From Patescibacteria group bacterium (GTDB taxonomy: Bacteria > Patescibacteriota > Kazan-3B-28 > UBA10110), in assembly GCA_016936175.1 (NCBI GenBank), contig JAFGPN010000018.1:1-56839 (forward strand): a stretch of DNA of 56,839 nt, written 5' to 3'. This document shows, piece after piece, positions 51,156-56,839 of the stretch (its first letter is position 1; every line of letters begins with the position of its first letter). Below the pieces are notes generated by a model. It saw only the letters and a list, made by a program, of their open reading frames with translations, made no database searches and was not told where the DNA came from. A program made the translations under genes and the position numbers.

Positions 51156-51230
51156 CGCGGGGTAGAGCAGTAGTAGCTCGCCAGGCTCATAACCTGGAGG
51201 TCGCAGGTGCAATTCCTGCCCCCGCTACCA
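51156..51230 (+). tRNA. Initiator tRNA-fMet(CAT)
   Basis: CGCGGGG start with C1xU72 mismatch, GAGC/GCTC D stem, CCA. Confidence 0.92.
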
Positions 51231-51374
51231 AGCCCACATGGATTGCAAAACAAAGGGTATAATTGCTATGATGTATCCGAGATTGGTAAGTCTCCTTAAA
51301 ACTTCCCCACCGGGAAGTTTTTTATAATTACCCCGGATCGGGCAAATTATATTCTCTAAGAAGGGAGCAAACAG

Positions 51375-51740
51375 ATGAATAATGACAATCTCCAGGGTCT
51401 GCTGAAGATGTGCGATCAAAAGGACGAGCAGATTAGTGGCATAATTGTGTTTGATATGGATAGCGGCAAGTCGCTTGCCTCCACTTTTTCGTCCGAATAT
51501 GACGCCAAGACCATAGCCATAGAGCAAGCACTAACAGCCCTCGATGAAGATCGGATCATGAAGTTGGACCCAGTCGGCCCTAAAAATTGGGCGATGTACT
51601 CGTACGACAGAAAAGTTGTGGCTACTGTTAAAATCCGAGGCTCCATTTGGTTATCTTGCGAATACAAAACCGAGAAAGCCCCCAGTGCCGCTATAGAAGA
51701 TGCCCTGGAAATAGCGCTAATGGCCAATGATAAACTCTAA
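51375..51740 (+). CDS. Hypothetical protein, possible Roadblock/LC7 (profilin-like) fold
   Basis: ISGIIVFDMDSGKSLAS pattern, 121 aa, AAGGGAG SD. Confidence 0.55.
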   Translation: MNNDNLQGLLKMCDQKDEQISGIIVFDMDSGKSLASTFSSEYDAKTIAIEQALTALDEDRIMKLDPVGPKNWAMYSYDRKVVATVKIRGSIWLSCEYKTEKAPSAAIEDALEIALMANDKL

Positions 51741-51760
51741 AAGATAGTCCCCAAGAACTC

Positions 51761-51790
51761 AAAAGCGCCCCGATTAATCGGGGCGCTTTT
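51761..51790. terminator. Bidirectional terminator
   Basis: aaaagcgccccgat-taat-cggggcgctttt between convergent genes. Confidence 0.8.
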
Positions 51791-51801
51791 AGACGCAATA
51801 G

Positions 51802-51993
51802 TTACTTTTTGCCCCAGCGGGTAAACAACTCGTAGAGAGCTGCTAAGCCGACCAGAGCGTAGATCACACGAGAAAGCGTACTCATGTCACCAAACAAGGT
51901 GGCAACCAGGTCAAAATTAAAGAATCCAACTAAACCCCAGTTAAGTCCACCAATGACGACCAACAAAAATGTAATCCAACCTAATGTGCTCAT
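51802..51993 (-). CDS. DUF378 family small membrane protein
   Basis: LVVIGGLNWGLVG..FDLVA.LFG...RVIYALVGLAALY. Confidence 0.92.
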   Translation of the reverse strand: MSTLGWITFLLVVIGGLNWGLVGFFNFDLVATLFGDMSTLSRVIYALVGLAALYELFTRWGKK

Positions 51994-52273
51994 GATGATA
52001 ATTCCTTGGTTACTAAAAACTTCATCGGTCCCCTACTCTTATTTTATCAAAAATACCACCACTCAGCGGATTTCCAACCTTACTTGCCTCCCCATATCCT
52101 ATACAGAGAATACTATAACCTATTTAGGGGAAGCCGCGAGGCAATAATTTATCAATTTAGAACTTTCGAAAAGGAGCTTAGACAAACAGATCGGTTACAG
52201 AATCTACGGAACAAAATAAGGCAAACGCAGTCTGGTGATGAGCTATTTATTTGCCCCAAAGCCCTCCCAACAT

Positions 52274-53110
52274 TTAACCTTGTTTTTGTATCTCCACTTG
52301 ATGCGGAAATGGAATCTCTATATTCTCGCTATCAAAAGCTTCTTTGAGCATCTTTCTAAATTCTCGGCTCAACTCCCATTGCCTGCCAGGTTGCACTTTA
52401 CCCAAAATCTTCACTATCATAGCCGAATCAGCAAACTCTTCTACTCCCGCCAATTCAGGTGGTTCGACAACATCCTGATTATCAGCCTGAAGCCTTCTGC
52501 CAACTTCGTTAACTATCTGCTTTAATTTCTTCAAATCTGTACCATAACCTACTCCAACATCCCAGTTAATCCGCGCCCAGCCCTTCGTCAAATTGCTGGC
52601 GATAGTTATCTCGCCATTGGGTACGTGATGCTGGGTTCCATTTAAATCACGTAGTACCGTCCGACGTAAATCAAAATCTTCTACTGTTCCGGTTACTCCG
52701 GCTACTTTAACAATATCTCCCTCTGAATACTGATCCTCAATTAAGATAAATATCCCGTGGAAGAGGTTTTTTACCATATCCTGCGCTCCAAAACCTACCG
52801 CAATGCCAATAATGCCGGCACCAGTAAGTATTGGAGCAATGTTAATACCCAGCTCTACAAAAATCATCAAAAGGACTATCAAAAAAAATACCACTCCCAG
52901 AGTCTTGGTAAAAACTTGATGGAGAGTATCAATTCGTTTTTTTCTGCCAAAATCTGATCTCTTGCCGATTACGTGTTTGGCTAAAACCGAGGTTAACAAG
53001 CGTCTAATCAAGCTGGATATCGCCAGCTGAGCAACCACACCCGCCACAATAATAACAGCAACCTTTAACCCGGAGGTCTGCAACCACAAAATCAAACCAT
53101 CATAATTCAT
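52274..53110 (-). CDS. Small-conductance mechanosensitive channel (MscS/YbiO-like)
   Basis: GAGIIGIAVGFGAQD, GTVE, VPNG, IEIPFPH. Confidence 0.93.
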   Translation of the reverse strand: MNYDGLILWLQTSGLKVAVIIVAGVVAQLAISSLIRRLLTSVLAKHVIGKRSDFGRKKRIDTLHQVFTKTLGVVFFLIVLLMIFVELGINIAPILTGAGIIGIAVGFGAQDMVKNLFHGIFILIEDQYSEGDIVKVAGVTGTVEDFDLRRTVLRDLNGTQHHVPNGEITIASNLTKGWARINWDVGVGYGTDLKKLKQIVNEVGRRLQADNQDVVEPPELAGVEEFADSAMIVKILGKVQPGRQWELSREFRKMLKEAFDSENIEIPFPHQVEIQKQG

Positions 53111-53130
53111 ACGTCTACTATAACAGAATC

Positions 53131-53288
53131 AAAAAGCTCGCTCTAAAAGCGACTGATTTATTCGTGGCGGCGCCATGAGCCTGTCGAATGGCTCCCCTTA
53201 TTGGACCGTCTTAGTCTCCTGACCCTACGGGTCGTAGACCCAGGAGGGAACTTTGGATTGGGTGAAAGTGAGAAAACAGTTGGATGAA
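53131..53288. repeat. Module-boundary repeat R1 (hairpin + tRNA-3'-like att core), with inserts
   Basis: Aligns with 53705-53771, 55987-56050 and 56802-56839. Confidence 0.8.
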
Positions 53289-53294
53289 TATGGG

Positions 53295-53660
53295 TTAAAA
53301 GGCCATCCACAACAACCAACCACCCAATATGAGTAACGCTAATGCTTCAAGAACTTGGTGGTATTTAAAAGCCTGTGCCTGTTTGTGAATAAAATCTGGA
53401 AAACCGATTTTCATAATTCCCTTGATCATAGTGCCCCATCCCAACACAGTTATTACCACTGTCCAGTCAGCAACCCAAACATTATGCAATATTACAGTCA
53501 CCAACCCCATCAAGAAGCTGATATAGCCTGTGGCAATAACAAATGCCTTGTCTTCGGTCATCTCTATGGTTCTGCCCAGCTGTTTAGTTATCAGAGCCAA
53601 CAAACCAAAAGCTAAAAAGAAACTGCCCCAAAGTTTTGCAAAAAATATTGAAACCTCCAT
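53295..53660 (-). CDS. Hypothetical four-TM membrane protein
   Basis: HNVW..W..ITVLGW..KG...FP motif. Confidence 0.8.
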   Translation of the reverse strand: MEVSIFFAKLWGSFFLAFGLLALITKQLGRTIEMTEDKAFVIATGYISFLMGLVTVILHNVWVADWTVVITVLGWGTMIKGIMKIGFPDFIHKQAQAFKYHQVLEALALLILGGWLLWMAF

Positions 53661-53704
53661 TGTTGTTGCTTTAATTGAATATCACTCTCATCATACATCA
53701 ATCC

Positions 53705-53771
53705 AAAAACTCGCCCCACAAGCGACTAATTTAGACTTAGCTCCCTCTACTGGATAAATTTAGAACTTTGG
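53705..53771. repeat. Module-boundary repeat R2
   Basis: aaaaactcgccccacaagcga...tagctccctctactggataaatttagaactttgg. Confidence 0.8.
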
Positions 53772-53778
53772 TAACAAT

Positions 53779-54045
53779 TTATTGATTTTGGGAGTTTTTA
53801 GATTTCCCCGATATTGATGATGTAGCTATTAAGCCTATCCCGACAATACCTATAATAGTTGCGATACCTGTAGTATTTTCTCCTAAAATACTACCATTCC
53901 ACATTAAGAAAGCGCCTGTTAAAGCTAATAAAATTCCTAATATAAATAAAGGTCTGTTTATGGTAATTCTTCGTATGTTCTTCCGAAATACTACCATTAA
54001 CGCTAACAAGACTACTGCTATGGCTAATAAAATTTTTAGTATCAT
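53779..54045 (-). CDS. Small membrane protein
   Basis: Three hydrophobic segments, AT-rich. Confidence 0.65.
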   Translation of the reverse strand: MILKILLAIAVVLLALMVVFRKNIRRITINRPLFILGILLALTGAFLMWNGSILGENTTGIATIIGIVGIGLIATSSISGKSKNSQNQ

Positions 54046-54149
54046 CGTAATTTATATTTTAAACAAATTATTCCTATTCCATTTTACCAAGTTTTATTCC
54101 TTCCCAGGGTATTTGGCTCTTCTGTCGGATGACAGACGTCGCTAACATG

Positions 54150-54495
54150 TGGCTCCGGGGGGCGGATTCCGCTCCGCTAGAACCTGTCGCCCCGGACTAG
54201 TCGGGGCTCTTCGGACCCTTGCGGTTCCGACGTCCGCTCCGATTAATCGGAGCGTTCTGCCTCCACTGCGGGGAAACTCCCGTTTCCCCGACCCCTTTCA
54301 CAGGGTTCGAGTCCACCCAAACAACGAAAAACCACCAGAAGATTCTGGTGTTCTTTCAGGGCTCAACAGCTTGGCTCAGAACCCCCCACCAACGTCAGCC
54401 CTCCGTAGCTCCTAAAGGAGTTGGAGCGAAGGACGGGAGGAGATAATTCGGAGGTTTTGGTCGGGCTCGAACGCAACTGGGTTAATTATAGAACC
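54150..54495. repeat. Module boundary with tRNA-3'-like end and clustered palindromic repeats
   Basis: Minus strand ggttc[tagcggagcg]gaatccgccccccggagcca; several perfect palindromes; ttatagaacc next to the following stop codon. Confidence 0.6.
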
Positions 54496-55889
54496 TAGGC
54501 GACCGAGGGTGCGATTTTCCTGCGAAAAATTAGGTCATAGAGTAGAACTATCAGAACACCCAGAGGCGTTGTAATAATGAATGTGTTTTCCCCTACAAAA
54601 GGATAGGCGGCAAATAACACTATAACGGGAACCAAAATCGCATAAAAACTGGCTTCCGGCGAAAATCTTTTACCATAGATTCCTACAAATATCGGTGGGA
54701 TAAAAATCAAAGCCAGATAAGTCACCAACAGAGACAGGGTAATAATATTGGGTACTAAAAAGGCCAACACAAAGCCAAATATCCCAAATGCGGCAGTTAA
54801 AATGCGAGCATACAGGATATTCTGCCCTCTACCTCGCTCTCTTTCTTGCAAAAAAGCTTTGTACAGTATGGTAGAGCCACCTATTAGTAAACTATCAATT
54901 GAGGACATGATAACGGCTAGGATAGCCGCAAAGCCAACTCCTGCGAGCCACCCAGGCAACAAGCTATCCATCAAAGCAAATATAGCAGTCTCGGGCTTAA
55001 CATCTCCTAATGATACAGTTGCTACCAAACCTAAGAACAATATCAAAACCCCCAGAATCAGCATAAAGGGGATACTAATAAAGAACGAGTTGCGAGCCAC
55101 CCTTGAGTTCTCAGCCGATAACACTCTTTGCCAATGAGCTGTGTTCCCTAAATAGAGAAATCCACTTAAAACTATCATGCCAATAAACCAACCCATCCCA
55201 CCAAAGGCAAGTGGATCAAGATGCCCTGCCGGCAACTGCGATAATAAGTTTGATATCCCACCGACATGGTTATAACCCATCACGGCCATAACTATAAACG
55301 CTAAGGAAAATATCCAAAATTGCACAAAATCTGTCAGAATATCTATCTTCAAACCGCCAATCGATGTGTACAACACTGTGACGGCAGCCACCACTAATAA
55401 TGCTAAATTGTAATTTACACCGATTAACACTGAGGTTAATGAGGCCAGAGCTACAGCTTGTACTCCAATCCATATGGTGAGCAAAAAAAGCTGTAGAATG
55501 CTAACGAGCATTCCATTTTTGAAATCGAATCTCTGCCTAAAGAAATCCACAATAGTATAGGCATTATACTTATCACCAATGATTTTTATTTGCTTAGCCA
55601 AAATACCTAACACAACCATTCCGGCTACTAATGAGATGGGCAGAGCTATCCCATAAGAGATACCCGACCGATACACCTCAGAGACTATGGCTACAGTAGC
55701 GCCAGCTCCCACCACCGTAGCGATAGTGGAGAATGTCATCATCCACAAGCTAGTTTTTCTTTTATTCAGAAAATAGGCATCAAGTGATTCTCGCCTAGAG
55801 AAAAACCATGCCATTCCGAACAGCAAAACTAGGTACACCAACAAAACAATAATTTTGATATCCATGCCTGAATTATACATTAAAACCAA
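54495..55889 (-). CDS. Sodium:solute symporter (SSS) family transporter
   Basis: ATVVGAG, YTSIGGLK....TDFVQ, WQRVLSA, AVIMSSIDS. Confidence 0.92.
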   Translation of the reverse strand: MVLMYNSGMDIKIIVLLVYLVLLFGMAWFFSRRESLDAYFLNKRKTSLWMMTFSTIATVVGAGATVAIVSEVYRSGISYGIALPISLVAGMVVLGILAKQIKIIGDKYNAYTIVDFFRQRFDFKNGMLVSILQLFLLTIWIGVQAVALASLTSVLIGVNYNLALLVVAAVTVLYTSIGGLKIDILTDFVQFWIFSLAFIVMAVMGYNHVGGISNLLSQLPAGHLDPLAFGGMGWFIGMIVLSGFLYLGNTAHWQRVLSAENSRVARNSFFISIPFMLILGVLILFLGLVATVSLGDVKPETAIFALMDSLLPGWLAGVGFAAILAVIMSSIDSLLIGGSTILYKAFLQERERGRGQNILYARILTAAFGIFGFVLAFLVPNIITLSLLVTYLALIFIPPIFVGIYGKRFSPEASFYAILVPVIVLFAAYPFVGENTFIITTPLGVLIVLLYDLIFRRKIAPSVA

Positions 55890-55986
55890 CTAGATAATTT
55901 GTTCCCATAGCTCTATATTTAATGCAACTGAATCACTTTGCTCCCGACTTCGCTCTCCGAGCTACGACGGGCAGGCACGCACTGGT

Positions 55987-56050
55987 TGGCTCCCCTGTTG
56001 GATAAGTTTAGAACTTTGGATTGGGTAAAAGTGAGGAACGAACTGGATGC
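55987..56050. repeat. Module-boundary repeat R5
   Basis: tggctcccctgttggataagtttagaactttggattgggtaaaagtgag closely matches R1 after R1's insert is removed. Confidence 0.85.
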
Positions 56051-56057
56051 ATTAAGT

Positions 56058-56786
56058 TTATTTAACTGCCCCAAAGACAATCAAAACCTTGTAATCGTCT
56101 AACCCTTCTCCCCTTTTATCACTCGGGGATATGAATTGCCTTTCTGCAACATCAATATACTGTTCAAGATATTCTAATGCTTCTTGGTCATCCTTCATTG
56201 CCAAGTTATGTGATGGAATAGCAGGACCTATTGGTAAGCTCAGGATTATCTTATCTCCGACAAAGCGATGAATGTTCTCCCAGAATAGCTCTGGCTGGTC
56301 TAAGTGTTCTATCGTCTCAACGGCTACAAAAAGACGTTTGCCATCAATAATCTTGTTCTGAATATCATTCCAGCCTTCTTTTGACTGGATATCTGATTTT
56401 ATCAGCTGAACATTTGAAACTTTAAGATAATCCACAATCTCTTTTGCCACTTGTATAGCTGAATCATAGTGGTCAACCAACAGAAGTGGTTTATTTTTCA
56501 ATCCACTAACATCATCTTGCAGATAAAGATACGGCAAACTAAATCCCAGCTCTATAATCTGGTCAAAATCCTGATACTTCTTAAATAACAAGTCATACCG
56601 CTGATTGAACCATAGACTATCATCCCAGAAGTTCTGTAAATGGACTAAACGGGTTTTGACATCTTCATAAACCTCATTCCCGTATTCGTTAAAGTGGTTA
56701 TTGTAAAACAATCGGTGTTGTTTGAGCTGGTTTTCTGTGACCGAAAACTTACCTAGCAAATAATCTAATAGCTTAGTCCTATCCAT
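56058..56786 (-). CDS. Class I SAM-dependent methyltransferase-like protein (degenerate motif I)
   Basis: IIELG, LLVDH, IKSDI, ETIEHL arranged in Rossmann MTase order. Confidence 0.55.
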   Translation of the reverse strand: MDRTKLLDYLLGKFSVTENQLKQHRLFYNNHFNEYGNEVYEDVKTRLVHLQNFWDDSLWFNQRYDLLFKKYQDFDQIIELGFSLPYLYLQDDVSGLKNKPLLLVDHYDSAIQVAKEIVDYLKVSNVQLIKSDIQSKEGWNDIQNKIIDGKRLFVAVETIEHLDQPELFWENIHRFVGDKIILSLPIGPAIPSHNLAMKDDQEALEYLEQYIDVAERQFISPSDKRGEGLDDYKVLIVFGAVK

Positions 56787-56839
56787 AAGTTAAATATATC
56801 ACAAAATCCGCTCTACAAGCGAACATTTTGTGTTGGCTC

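Noticed and set aside
52006-52347. 113-aa plus-strand ORF
   Set aside because: Weak start and overlap with mscS; only its YQFRTF segment resembles the array repeat
54149-54446. Two plus-strand ORFs
   Set aside because: Translations of palindromic repeats and tRNA-like fragments
53131-56839. CRISPR array or classical attC sites
   Set aside because: Spacing is gene-sized, repeats are degenerate, no cas genes, and no clear RYYYAAC/GTTRRRY attC palindromes

Overview
This is a chromosomal segment of a reduced-genome bacterium. Gene content, insertions in the 16S gene, the unlinked 16S and the repeat families suggest Patescibacteria/CPR (inference). The housekeeping backbone includes clpP, tig, a class A PBP, tyrS, recG, comEA, htrA, an LCP protein, a LysM/M23 peptidase, a Xer-like recombinase, recO, a membrane-anchored Clp ATPase, hrcA-grpE-dnaK-dnaJ with a perfect CIRCE, lepA, murJ, ftsH, tilS and ftsB/divIC. 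There are seven tRNA genes, four with a CAT anticodon. The stand-alone 16S rRNA gene carries a four-helix-bundle ORF in helix 6 and a group I intron after U1495. Unexplained structure: (1) at the right end, a tandem array of single-gene modules separated by repeats that resemble a tRNA 3' end plus terminator; (2) an intact tRNA(CAT) inside a short inverted-repeat element that is inserted into the anticodon of a decayed tRNA; (3) a tRNA-mimic ncRNA next to an atypical tRNA(CAT); (4) several families of tiny palindromic elements inserted into tRNA fragments and into each other. All product calls come from motif recognition by eye, with no database search.
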